64,000 bases of DNA from Lama glama (lineage: Eukaryota), in NCBI GenBank assembly GCA_028534125.1, contig CM052829.1, positions 1,426,001 through 1,490,000 on the forward strand, given 5' to 3'. The notes below the pieces were generated by a model. That model saw only the letters and a list, made by a program, of their open reading frames with translations, made no database searches and was not told the origin of the DNA. The translations under genes were made by a program, and so were the position numbers. Below, piece after piece: positions 1 through 25,400 of the stretch. Every line of letters begins with the position of its first letter. Within the stretch, counting starts at the first letter, position 1.

Positions 1-1529
1 GAGTGAACGACCCCCTCCCACCCTGCCACATCCCACCTGCTCACTTGGGCGTCTGTCCGTCTTCCCAGTGTCTGCTCCGTTCCCAGAGGTCTTGCCAGGT
101 GACTGGCTCTAACTGGATGAACTGGACCCTAATGAGGGGTGCTCCACGTGCCTCCCCACAGGTCACCCCGCCCACCCTTGACCCCCCGACCCCCGTCTGA
201 GGGCTGCGCCTCTCCCAGAGGTGGGAGGCCGTGTCCAGATGCACCTCAGTTCTGAGTCAGTCGAGAGTTAACTGTGGTGGTTCGTCCTTCGGGTTCTGGA
301 AAGGACAGTGTCGTGCTAGACCCTGAGACGGGGCTCTCGGGGTAGCGTCTGCGTGCCACCAGGACATGGAGGGTCCTCAGAAAATAACCAGGGTTTGGAG
401 AAACCAGACCTGCGTCCTGAAAATGGGACGGGGCTGTTGGCTGGGGTGACTGGTCATCACCTGCCGTTTCCCGCCCCACTTCTGGCCTCGCCCCTTAAAC
501 TAGTGACGTTTCACGAATGCTGGGGGGTGTGTGTGCACGTGTGTTTAAAAGTTCAACCTGATACTGTTGGATTGCAGCTCACACGTATGTGAAATTGTTC
601 TTGATTCTTTGTCATTCCCAACAATGTGGATCCATAGCACGTTTGAAGCTGCTCGAGGCGCAGACGCCCCGCTGCCGCTTTCCCTGCTTCTGAAGTCAGG
701 CGCCAGGCTCAGCTCCTCGGCTGGGCCCGGGCTGCGTCAGGCTCCGACGAAGAGTGCTCAGGGCTCTCTGCTTGGGGCCCGCGCCCCCTCAGCAGAGGGA
801 GGCCAAGCAGAAGGGCCCGGTGTCGGAGCCGGGAGACCGGCCACCTGGGTGCCCCGTGTGCCGGCTCCCACAGAGGGAGGTGGAGGTCGGCTGCAGCTTG
901 GGCCAGTCTGACCTGCGGTTCAGACTCTCCTCCGGACCGTGCTTTCCGTATTGTGGGCTCCTGACTGCTAGAAAGCCCAGTTCAGGTTTTTATCTCACTG
1001 ACTCAGTAAGCAGTTGGCAGGGCAGCTCTGCAGCCACATGCCTGGGCGGCCAGCTGAGCAGGAGGACACTGCTGCCCCCGCAGGAGACGTCCCCTCTCCG
1101 AATCGGCGAGCAGAGGAGGACCTGATGTGGGCGCTTCTTCCACCGGGTGCCTGGCCATCCGTGGGCATCTTAGAGCTTAGTCCACACTTTTCCTGCTGCT
1201 CAGAACCCCTTCTCCGGGTTTTGACCCTTGGTTTGTAAATTCATAACATCAAGTCCAGAAAAACCGGCCACTCTCCCCTTGCATTAGGCTCGCCTTTTGT
1301 TCATTCTCTCTGCTGCTTCAGGGGCCAGAGACGCGCTGCCGCTCTGTGTGCCTCGGTGGGTCAGCGTGCAAGCCGTCTCTGGTCCCGCGTGGGCCCAGCC
1401 CCCTCAGGCCAGGCGTAGGGCCTGCGCTGGGTGTCTGGGTTGGGAGGCCCCTGGCCTGTTAGAGACAGCACCGCAGCACTGTGGGGAGGGGCGGGGGTAC
1501 GTGCAGCCCTGGCTGGTGCCTTGGTTCTG

Positions 1530-1670
1530 GTCTCAGAGATGGTTCTGTTCCTGGGCAATTCTCTTGTCCCTTTTGGACCTCAGTTTTCCCCAGCTGTAAA
1601 AGGGAAGTCACATGAGCCTCCTTGTCTTATGGGATTGCGTATCTGAAAGCATGTGGGAAAGTTTAAAGCA
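1530..1670 (+). mobile_element. MIR SINE remnant
   Basis: Core ctgggcaattctcttgtcccttttggacctcagttttccccagctgtaaaaggg. Confidence 0.7.
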
Positions 1671-2699
1671 TAAATACAAAATATGAAAGCGAAATGTGAA
1701 GTGCACTATACTCAGAGACAATGTGGAAGGACAGACACAAGGTCATAGCCAGGCTCCCCAGGTGCTGAGCCCGGCTGAGAAGGACAGGCGGACGTAACAA
1801 GGGAAGGTCAGGCTCTGCTGAGCTCTCAAGGGCCGCCAGCCTGGAGGAGGTAACTAGTTGCCACGGCGGCCTGCTAGCAGGTGGCTGGGGGGATGCGGGT
1901 CTGCAGAGCACAGGTACCCCTAAGCGGGTCCCTCACTGGACGACAAGCTCTGAGGTCACTGTTTAAAGTCACAGCACACGACACAAGAGGTGTGGACACA
2001 CGGGCAAGGCCTATGGTGGACACGGGGACGCTCGGCTCTGCGTGGACTGGCCACCCCAGACACAACCTCCTGGTGACAGCACGCCTGCCTGGAGTGAGGG
2101 AGACAGGCAGGGACAGGCCTGGGCCCTCGAGACAGTCAGTCCGAGACTTGGGGGTGCAGCTCAGAGCCCGCTCATCTCCGAGCCCCCTTTGCACTGCAGT
2201 GAAATCGTAGAGGCACGGCCCCTCCGTCAGGTGGGGGCGCCTGCTGGGCCTGCGCGTTGCTCTGGGACGCCGGTTCTCTCGCGGCGCTGGACCAGCGGCC
2301 TCAGCGGCACCAGGGAACTAGCTGGAAAGGCAGTCATCCTGCTGGGCCTGCCCCAGGCTTTCCATACATCAATAACCAGGGAGAGAGTGTGGGATGTAAC
2401 TCTGTCTTTTCCACCAAGTCCTTGAATTTGTGACAGTGACCCCTGTGGTTCTTGGGGCCCCTTTCCCTTAGAGCCCAGGGCAATGCAGGACCTGACCTGC
2501 GGCCCCGGGTCCACCTGGGAGAGGCTGCGGCTTCTTTGGGGCCTCCCCCTCAGCCTTGGGTAGAAACCAGGAGACCTGATTCCAGAGCCAGATGATCCTC
2601 AGTGTGCAAGTCTGGGAAATGGAGATACAGCCCCCGTGCGAGGATTGCTAAGGATCAACCTGGCAAATGTTCCTGGCATGTGGTGGGTGTTTTTAACTC

Positions 2700-3370
2700 C
2701 ACATGTGTGGCTGGGGACATACAGTGGGCCGTGGGCTGCTCTGGGCAGGGGGTGAAGCACTGGGGAGACTGCAGTGACCAGGTCTGTGAAGCTTCCTTCC
2801 GGGGGAGAGAGACAGACAACACACATGCGAGTGGTGAAACCATGCCCAGAGCCAGGAGCTGGGACAGGCGTCCCCCGTGATGAGACGTGTGAGCTAGTTC
2901 CTGAGCAGTGCGGGGACAAGACAGGAAGATGTGCTGGGAGGAGCATGTGCAAAGGTCCAGGGGCAGGAAGGTGGGGAGGCCAGAGAGCAAACAGGGCCAC
3001 CCTTGGAGGGGCTTGAAGGCCAAGATCACACTCAGGACTCCAGCTTCTCCTGCACAAGAGATGCAAGCGTCCTCAGACCCTGAGCTGGAGGGCAGTGAGC
3101 TGCCCTGTTTTAGCAGAGAATGGCAGGTGGGGGTGGGCCGGAAGAGGAGACTGGGAGCACTGGAGGTGAGTGCAGACCAGGTGGCAGAGGCGGGGGGCGC
3201 TATCGGAAGGTGCTGGGGAGTTTTGAAGATAAAACCATGAGGATTTGCTGCTGTCTGGACTTGGGGTGGGAGGGAAAAGAAACGAGGTGGCTCTCCAGTT
3301 TGCTGCTCTGAGCGGAGGGGAGGGCGGAGCGCTGGAGCTGAGCTGCTGTCTCTGTTTCCCAGTGACAGGG
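2700..3370 (-). mobile_element. LINE-2 remnant
   Basis: gcactggggagactgcagtgacca; agcatgtgcaaaggtccaggggcagga; ttttgaagataaaaccatgaggatttgctg. Confidence 0.65.
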
Positions 3371-4739
3371 ACACACCGGGCAGCTCAGCAGTGGGCTTGG
3401 TGGCGCCTCCAGAATAAAGGAAGGAATGGATGCCTCCAGTGCCAGGGTGACCGGTCCCCCCGCCTGGCCGGCACCCCGTGTCCCGAGTCTCCACGGCTCT
3501 GCCGTCCTCTCGCTTGTCTGAGGGCAGAACCCCACCAGCAGTAAGCCGGAGGCGCCCTGCTGGCAGCGTGGCTGCGGCCGCGCCCTCCTCTGGGCCCCCC
3601 AGGGCCCGTGGCGTCTAGGGACCTGAGAACAGGGGGTGGGGTCTGCCCGATGCAAACGGGAAGGGATGCCTGATGGGTAGAGGGCTCAAAAGCAACAATA
3701 AAGTGCACTTAGCCAGCCTGTGTTCCTGTGCAGATTGTAAACTGCGTTTGTGGGAAAACACCCCCCTTTCCCTGTGGGTGCGGACCACCCCTCTCCTGGC
3801 TCCCCTACTCCACACACACCAGGCCGCTTATCCCACGGTCTCCGGCACACAGCTGAGGATGGGGAGGCCTAGGGACCGCTCCCCACGTTGCCCAGCTGCC
3901 TGTAGCCAGTCCGGGTTTGCACCTGCAGCCTGGGCGGCTTCCTGCTCGTCACAGACTCGTAGGTGAGTTGCGGCCCCAGCCTGTGGCCCTGGCACTGGGG
4001 CTGCCTTTTGCCAAAATCCGTTTTACTTTCCAAAGTGTGTCTCTCTCTCTGGAGCTATGGCTCCAGTGTCCCTGAGTCGGCACAGGGACAGCTCGGGTTC
4101 CGAGTGAGGGTGGGGGAGGCCTCAGGGGTGGAAATGCGTAACCCAGCAGACAGACAGACAGACAGACAGCTGAATCCCAAAGCCCTTTGGGTAACTAGCT
4201 CACATATTTGGAAGCACTAAACTTTGCTGAATGGAGTTGAACGCTCGCGCAGCGGAGGTGAGGGGTGGAAGGCCCCCTGTCTGGGCTGCCCCCCCAAGCC
4301 TCTTGCCCCGGGCCCCAGGGCTCAGTGCAGGTCAGGTGGTGGGGGCAGGGGTTGTGGGGGCAGGAGTAGGGGAGCTCCATCCTAAACTAATAGTCGTGGC
4401 AAATTGAGCAAGGCTAGCATTTGTGCGCAGAGGGGAGGAGGCAGGGAGGGAACGCTGAGCATCTGCTCTCCGGGCTGAAAGGGGAGTTGGAGGGCAAGAG
4501 GGGCGGGGGCCTGGGCCACGGAGGCTGCAGTCAGCTGGCTCACTGCTTCCCTTTTCTGCAGCTCCCTTCTCCCGAACTGTCCTGTCCTGTCCTGCATTTC
4601 ACCTCTCTCCTCAGGAGCAAGGCCGAGGTTGATCCTAGGGGCCCTCTGTGTCCAAGTCAGGGATCTAGTGACCGTGACTGGAGGGCAGTGGCTCGAGCAG
4701 CACAACCCCGTGTCCCCAACTGGAGCAAACGCCGATTTG

Positions 4740-4870
4740 TCCCACCAAGTAACAGCTGCAGGCTTCAGACAAGCGCCAGCCCCTCCCGCCTCAGAGTTCT
4801 TATCTCTGCAGTGGGGACGATGATGTCTTTGTCCCCGGCTTGTTGTAGGATGAGGGGGGCCCTCCATGTG
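4740..4870 (+). mobile_element. MIR SINE remnant
   Basis: gcctcagagttcttatctctgcagtggggacgatgatg...ttgttgtaggatga. Confidence 0.55.
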
Positions 4871-7539
4871 ACTCAGAGCCAGCTGTCCCTGGGACCCCCA
4901 GCCCTGCCATCCTGCAGCAAACACCAAATTCTGTACATGCTGCTGACTCTCTCCGTCTGGGCTTCTGACCCACGCACGCCCCCTCCCCAGTCCTGGCTTC
5001 CCAAGCCTGCGCTCTGGGCGCACAAAGCCCTGTGCAGGAGAAGCGGGGGCTGGGAGGGGCTGGGAGGGGGCCCGGGCCTCCGTCCACGGGGGTGCCCTAA
5101 CCAAAGTGGGAGGTGGGGGACACAGACAGTGTCTTGCTCCACCCCTTTAAATGAAGGGTCCGGAGGAGCACTGGTGTCGGGGGAAAGTAACCAAGGGCCT
5201 CAGGACGGGACGTTCACGTACCTCCCAGGCTGGTCCAGTCAGCACGGCCTTGACTGGGGTGTGGCTCTAGGTGGTGGGTGAAGGGCCTCCCCCGCCCCTG
5301 TGCTGTGGCTCTGTGCTCAGAGGGGGTGGCCTGGGGCGTCCACGCGTCCGGGCCTCCAGCCCTGATTCCTGGCAGGAGTAACACCGGTGCACCGCCAGTG
5401 CTCCGGGAGCAGCTCTCACAGTGAAAGGTGAGTGTCACGTGTGACAGGTGAATTGATTTATATTAAAGGCTGGAAAGGGCTGGGCCTCAGAAAAGGGGAG
5501 ACGCTCCACTCTGCTGCTCCCGCAGTCTGCTGACCCCAAGGGGCCCAGGCCCGTCCCCGTCCTTGTGCGAGTGTCCACACAGGGTCCTGCTGACCCTGGG
5601 CCCTGGACTCTGGGCCCCGAGCGGCCCTGCCCCGTCCGCATCCCACCAGCAGGCAATTACGCATTCCTGTGTCTCAGCGAATTCTTCCAGCTGCGTCTTT
5701 GTGCCTGGGGACGCGAGGGCGAGGGACAGCCCATCCCACGTTCTCACAGTTCCCCTGTACTTCTCAGATGCCTTTCTTGTTCGGGTTAATTAATTTAATT
5801 TAATTTCTTATTCAACTAGATTGGCTAATTTTTTGACTTTGTAGCATTTTGTCCACTATGATCCATTTCTCTGAAGCAGAAACTTTTCCACTAGAACACA
5901 CACAAAATGCGCACGGCATTGAGATGCATGTTTCTTCTCTACCCCAAGTTCTTGTTCTTGTGCCCCTTTGTCAGCTGCATGGATGCTGAAAAGGCAGGTG
6001 TCCCTTGACTGGACAGTCAGCTCGGGACTTTGTCACACTGGCATCTGGTCCTGGTGGGCGAGCCCAGAAGTGGGTCCAGACAAGGACCAGTAGCTTCGCT
6101 CTCTGCAGCTCCCAGACTGGACTGATGGGGCCGGGGCAGCAGGGGCAGGGCGGCTGATGGGGTGGGGCTTGGTTTTAGGATGTCACGTGAGAGGGACGTT
6201 GGAGCTCGGCCTAGGGGCACTGGTCGCCACTGTGTCCGGCTCATTCCTGTCCCAGGGCCCAGAGGCCTAGTGTGCCCTTGGCCGCAATGTTCATGGACCT
6301 CGTCCTACTGAGCCTACTCACATGGTGCCTGTGGCTTCCGCGAGTCCCTTGGCCCCATTCCTTTCCTTGTCTGTCACTGCTGTGTCCCTGAATCTTAGCC
6401 TGATGGTTGCACCCAGAGGTGCCCTGTGGCTGTCCTGTGGGTGCCAGGTGAGCCTAGGAGCCCCGCTTTCACCGGGGTGGTGGTGGGGTGGTGGGCAGTG
6501 CTTGCTGCAGATAAAGAAGGAATCAGACTGCAGGTGCTCCCTGCAGGGCGTCACTTTGGAACCTCAGCCAAAGGTCAGTTTGAGGAAGAGCAGCGCGTGC
6601 TGAGAGGGCTGGGCCACGGGCCTGGGTGCGCCGGCCCTCCCACACCTGCTCTTGACTTTGGGTTTTAACTGAGGCCAAGAGGCGGGAGCGGGTGGCAGAC
6701 ACAGCCCGGCCTGCCTGCGTGGCCCGCAGAGAGCCCTCCAGCTGCCTCTGCCTTTCCTCTGGGAAGCAGGCCCGGGACCCCCACAGGGTGACCCCTCCAG
6801 TGTCCATGGTCTCTGGGCTGGGGCTGTGAGGGGTCCTCAGCTCCCTCCCACTGCCAGGCTGAGGCACGTCCGGGCTGCCCCAGCCTCCGCACTCACCCGC
6901 GTCTCCGGGCGGCCGTCAGACCCCAGCGCGTCCCAAAATGCTGACATCTATCGGCCCGGGACACCGGAGTTACGCTGGGCAGGTCCACGAGAATGAGCAG
7001 TTCCCTAGAGGGTCTCTGGGCCTGAGAGATGGCAGATCCGGGGCTGGACAGCCCTTGGCTTCTCTGGGCCTCGTGCTCCCTGCGGGTACAGTGCGCGAGC
7101 TGGTGGCATCCAACCTCCTTTCCAAGGCAGGTGAGGATGAAAGAAGCACAGCAAGAAGCGGCGTGGCGAGCGTGGCCGTGGGGCGCGGCCCGGCTCTTCC
7201 CCGGTCGCCGGGGTCCAGGCGTGCGGGGCCCCAGAGGGGGCGGCAAGCGCGCGCTGGGTGGTGGGGGCCGGCGGGAAGGCCTCTAGCGATGCAGCTCGGC
7301 CTCCGGACTCAGACCCCCTGTCCCCAGAACGTGTCACTGTGACCCTCAGGGCTGCCTCCAAAGGGCAGGTGGGGCACACGGAAGGGCCCACACGCTCCTG
7401 ATGGTGCAGGAGAGGCCGGCTGCCAGCGTCCTCTGTCCCCAGGGCACGCGCGCACTCACGCTCGTGTGCATACACAGCCACGCGCACACACCTGCCGGGA
7501 AGTTGAGTGACTTTCTGTGATTTTCCAGTATTTTATAAC

Positions 7540-7790
7540 GTGTTTTAATAGAGTTATTGAGGTATGATTTACATGCTATAAAATACACTCGCTTTAAGTG
7601 AACAGTTGAGTGTGTGTTAGTAAGTTTACAACATGCAGCCACCACTGTCCGACTGTGGGACGTCCCACACCCTGGGCGGCGGCCTCCAGCCCGGGCAGTG
7701 CGGGCCTGCTCTCTGCGTCTCTGCGTGTTGTTGCCTTTTCTGTGAGTTCATGGAATCTGGACCCAGACGTGTGTCCCTGCAGTGGCACGG
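7540..7790 (-). mobile_element. Old LINE-1 (L1M) 3' fragment
   Basis: ttattgaggtatgatttacatgctataaaatacactcgctttaagtgaacagtt is a typical L1M 3' end. Confidence 0.75.
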
Positions 7791-8002
7791 CTTTCTGTTC
7801 CCTGTGCCCGTATCAGGGCCACGCGCCTTTGTTGCTGAGTGGCTCTCCTGCCTTGTTTTGTGAAGCCTGTGCTTTCTGGAATTATGGTTCAGAGGCTTTA
7901 TTTCTAGAACATTCTTGGCAGGCCCATTTGGTGACAGAGGACCAAGACTAAGTATCCAGAGTCTTCACTCCTGTGCCCCTCCCTCCCCCGCCTCAGGGCT
8001 CC

Positions 8003-8082
8003 TGCGTGTGTGTGTGGTGTGCGTGTGCTCGCATGTGCGCACGTGTGTGTGCTCGTGTGCGTGTGTGCACATGTGCGCGTGC
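8003..8082. repeat. Degenerate (TG/CG)n alternating purine-pyrimidine tract
   Basis: tgcgtgtgtgtgtggtgtgcgtgtgctcgcatgtgcgcacgtgtgtgt... Confidence 0.85.
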
Positions 8083-9478
8083 TTTGCGGAGGTGCGCTGC
8101 CCCCTCGAGTCCTCCCCGTGTGCTCGGACATTCGTGGAAAGGGGCAGTGTCCTTCGTCAGCAGGAACGCCAGTGACCTTCAGTCATGGGTCCCAGGCCAG
8201 TGACTGGAGCAGCTCGGGCGCACTTGAGGGGACAGCGGGGGCCTGGTACCTGCTTTCCGGCTCTTTGGACATTTCAAACAGTCACTCAGTGGCCAGCTGC
8301 AAGGACACGCATGTTGGATGAGAACAGTGTTGCGTCCACCCCTGGAGAGAGAAGATGGCAGTGTTGTCCTGGACTCACGTGGGGCCTGGAGAGCTGGGCC
8401 GATGGGGGGTCGCAGGCAGGCAGAGCCAGGCAGAGACCTCCTTGTCACTCTGCTCTCCACGCCTTCTGACCCCACAGAGGGACAGCGGGAACCCAGTTCC
8501 CTGGGAGCTGCCCAGTGGCGCCTCACACAGCCTCCTGTGTCTGTCAGATAAATGCCTCCCCAGTCCCTCCCAAGGGGGACAGCTCAGGACCCCTCCTGGC
8601 TCACCCAGTAATGGGCACACCCAGGGTGCTGGCTGGGCCTTCAGGCTCCAAAGCCCCTGGAAGGGGGTTGTTCTCTGGTTCTGTGGCCAAGTGAGGACCT
8701 CGCCCTTCAACACGCCTTCCCAGGGGGGTCACAGTTCACCGGCTCAGCTTACCCTCTGTGGTGGGAGATGGTCCCTGCCACCCCCGCCTTCACCTGCAGC
8801 AGGTGTTCGCAGGCCGGGCAGGAGGCAGTGGCCACGGCCCAAAGGGGCTCAGAGCAGGTCTGAACTGGGCCTTGTTTGGGGTCCAGCACTGCTGCTGCCT
8901 CTGGACGGGAGGAAGGGTGCAGTGGGGGAGGGAGGCCGCTCTGCCAGGCATCCTCTGAGCTCTGGCGGCCCCTCCAGCTCCTGCAGGGTCCTCGGTGGCA
9001 GCCCTGGGTCTGGGATCCGGGTAATGGGCTTTGGGCACCTGACATTCAGTCCCTGAACCAAGGAGATGAACAGGGAGGCTGCGGCCGGAGCCTGCAAAGG
9101 GTCCCTGGGTGGTTGGGTCGGCTGGAGGCCGGGCGGTGCCAGCCTGGTGTTTATTTGCGTTCCAGCCACCTGCACACGGCCCGCTCTTTATGACTCTGGA
9201 CCTTGTCCGGGCACCGCCGCCGGGTTTCCCAGCCAGGAGCTCAGCCAGGCGCCCGTCCCCGGGAAGCCCACAGCTGGGTGAATTTGGGGGTACAGCGTCC
9301 CACCTGTGGATGGATGGCAGAAGAGGGTGGTGACATGTGCACCTGTCCCTCCAGTGGCATGCAGGCTGTTGGCTGCCCGGGCTCGGTCCCCAGTGAGTTC
9401 TCTCCCGCAGGAGGCGACGAGGGGATCCTGCTCCTGAGATCCCACGTGCAGCCAGCGGGAGCGACCCCGGGACGGGAG

Positions 9479-22446
<12,968 letters not shown>

Positions 22447-25400
22447 ACGCCTGGCGGCGCCGCTCCACCCACACCGCACAGCTCCGCCCACGTGGGGCTC
22501 CAGCCACGCAGGGCCACACCTGCCCGGGAGGCTCCCACCGCCCACCACCTGGTTGACTGAGGCGTCTGGCCCATCTTCTATACCTGGCGCTTCCTCCTGC
22601 GTCCTCACCTGTCGGAGGTGTGGAGCCCGCTCTGACGTGAAACCTGGAGTGATGATCGTGTCCCACTTCCTGTGCCGTGTGGACTGTGGTTGGTCCGAGC
22701 TCCTTCCATACTGGTCTCCAGGAGACAGAAGCCGGGTCTGGCCGTCCAAACTCCAGGCAGTGGAGTGAGGCCTGTGCTGGCTGTACCCTGGGAAGGAAAG
22801 TGTCTTAGCTTCTTCTGGGCATTGAAGAGACCCCTGGGGGTCCCCCGCCACCGACCCAATGGATGGTGAGACCAATGGAGCAAGCCTTCCAGGAGTCCTT
22901 GAGCTCAAGGTCACCATCACTGTCACCTCCCTGGCCACAGGCTTCCCCGGACCACTCCCTTTGCAGCTCCTGCTGCTCAGTCCTGGGTGCACGGGACAGA
23001 GGCCCCTGTGTGGGGCGTCGGCCCAGCTCCTTCACCCGGGACCCCAGCAGAGCCCACCCTATCTGCCACGTGTACACAGGCGGCACCTGGCCTAGAACAG
23101 CACGGCTACGTGGCCACATGGTCCCATGAAGTGGGTGTCCTCAGCAGGAAGTGGGAGAGGCAGGCGAGAGAGGAAATGATCCCGTGCTGAGCACATCAAA
23201 GGGTGTTCCCAAAGGAAGCCTGCCAGCACAGGTGCCCGAGGCTCAGAGCCCGAGTTCCTCCTTTCCAGTCACAAGGCCAACTTTAAAGCAGTGTCCCTTT
23301 TCCTGCCAGTGCCCATCCAGTCAGAAGGGTGTCTGTGCACGAGGGAGCCATGGCCTGTCAGCAGCGGGACGTTGGGGCGCTCAGCCTGCGTCAGCGCTGG
23401 TCACCCTTCCGGGCCTTTCACTGCCATGGTCCTCCTCCCCGAATCAGAAGACTGGACGGGAGGTGTGGGCGGAGGTGGGGCTGCACCGCCCCGCCCTCCA
23501 CGTCTGCACCCTGTCTCGAGCAGGCCTCACAAGCGGCTGAATAGCTGAGCCAAGTTTGCAGTGATTTCTGGAGAAGCGTGTTGAGGGACTTTGACCTTTG
23601 CTGGAGGCTGTGCTGTCGGAGCGCTAAGAGGCTAGTGAGCAGCCAGGTGTCCTTCTAACAGGGGACGCACCGGGGGCAGGAGCGCCAGGGCAGGTCCGCG
23701 GGTGGGAGGGCTGGCTGCTGTAGTTGTGCTGTGCTGTCCCTTCCAAGTCAGGGCAGCTTCCCCTCACCCGTCCCCACGTCCAGGGCCCTGTGTGCAGGGG
23801 GCTGTCCTCGAAGCCATCCACCTCGTGGACGGGGCGGAGTGGCTCCAGCTGGTGGAGGGAGCCAGCATCAGTCTGGCTTTGTGTCCCCAGATGGAGAGAC
23901 AGAGCTGGCGCTGCATCTCACCTGCCTCCTGACCCCAGGTGGGACTCCTGCCTCGTGCGCTGCAGAGGCTCCGAGAGGGGCCGCTCCGAACAGGTGGAAC
24001 TCCGTGGGTACCACCACCCTCCAGCCCGAGGCTGGTGACAGGCACCTGGGCGTGGTGAGACTCTTTCCACCTGTGGGTCCTCTCCCCTCACACAAGATCC
24101 GCACCCGCACGCCTGCTGCCGTCTTCGCCTGGACGCGCTGACCTGCGCCTCACTGTCGGAGAGCCCGAGACATCGTCCCCTCCCTGTCCTGCTCGTGCTG
24201 TGAGGACCCCGTGGGGCCGAGTCACCTCAGGCTCATGTTGGCGCCGGGCGGAGCCTGAGTCCCGGGTTGGGTGGGGCTGCAGCCAAGCTGACGCTGCTGG
24301 CCCTTTCTATGAAGGGAAGCTTGTCCGTGCGCGTGTGACAAGAGCTGGACACACATCTCTGTCTGCACCTGGGCGGCCCCTGTGCGCACCTGTACGCGGG
24401 GAGGCCACGCTGGCCCTCAGTTCACACAGGGAGGGCTCCTGGCCACTGCGGGCCTCCCCCTGTGAGGACCCTCCATGTCCCAGCGCTGTGTGGACAGAGG
24501 GACTTGGGGGGTGACAGCCCCTGCCCCCTGGAGCTCAGCTTTATCTTACTTGTTTTTTAAAAGGTGGCAAGAAACCTACCTTCATCTGTGGTGTGGCGTT
24601 GCCGAGGTCAGCGCCGCCGTGGGGCTGGGCCAGGCAGGGAGGGCCAGGGGTCGGTGGAGGCAGCCTCATCTCCCCAGCGCCCCCTCACTGAACAGACTCC
24701 CCACAGGCAGGTCGGGTGCCGGCACCGGGTAGATGGCAGATGGGGCAGCACTCCCAGCATGGAGCACGGTGAGGGCAGGGTCAGCAGCCGTGGTGCTGGA
24801 CTCCTGGGCTGCCCTTCGGTCCCCCCCACAGGAGGTACCCACGCGCCCGGGGCTGCCCCGGGCACCGAGCCTGGTGCCACAAGGGCAGGTGGCGAGGGAG
24901 GGGAGCCTGAGTGTGGTCTGGGCCTGGAAGATGGCGTCCGGAGGTGTGGAGGCCTGAGCCCTGCTTTCCCGCAAATTTCCAAAATCATGCTGAGACAGGC
25001 CCTCATGGGAAAAAAAAATGAGGTTGCATGTGTCCTGATCCAGGGTCCAGGATGACCTTTTCCCCTTTAAAGGAATTTTGTGAGCAGGAGCCCAGCCCCA
25101 CAGGCTGCTTTGCTGTTGCACAAAGCAGGTGTCAGGGAGGGGCGGCGGGCGTCAGGGTGAGGCTGAAATAAGCTGTTTGGGGCCGCGACCTACACACACC
25201 CATACACGTGCACACGCAAGCATACGTGTGCACACGGATGTGGGCAGACGTGGAAGTCAACGTGGGTTGGTGGAAGGACACTTCCACCGGATGCCCGCGT
25301 GGAACTCCTAGCGGGGACTGAGCTGCGCTCCCGCCCCCGGCCCCGCCCGTCCCTCGGCCACCACGAGAGGGCGCTGGCTGCACGCTCTGGCTCCTCGCAG

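Noticed and set aside
4330-5080. G-quadruplex-like G-run clusters
   Set aside because: Ubiquitous at this GC content and nothing singles these out.
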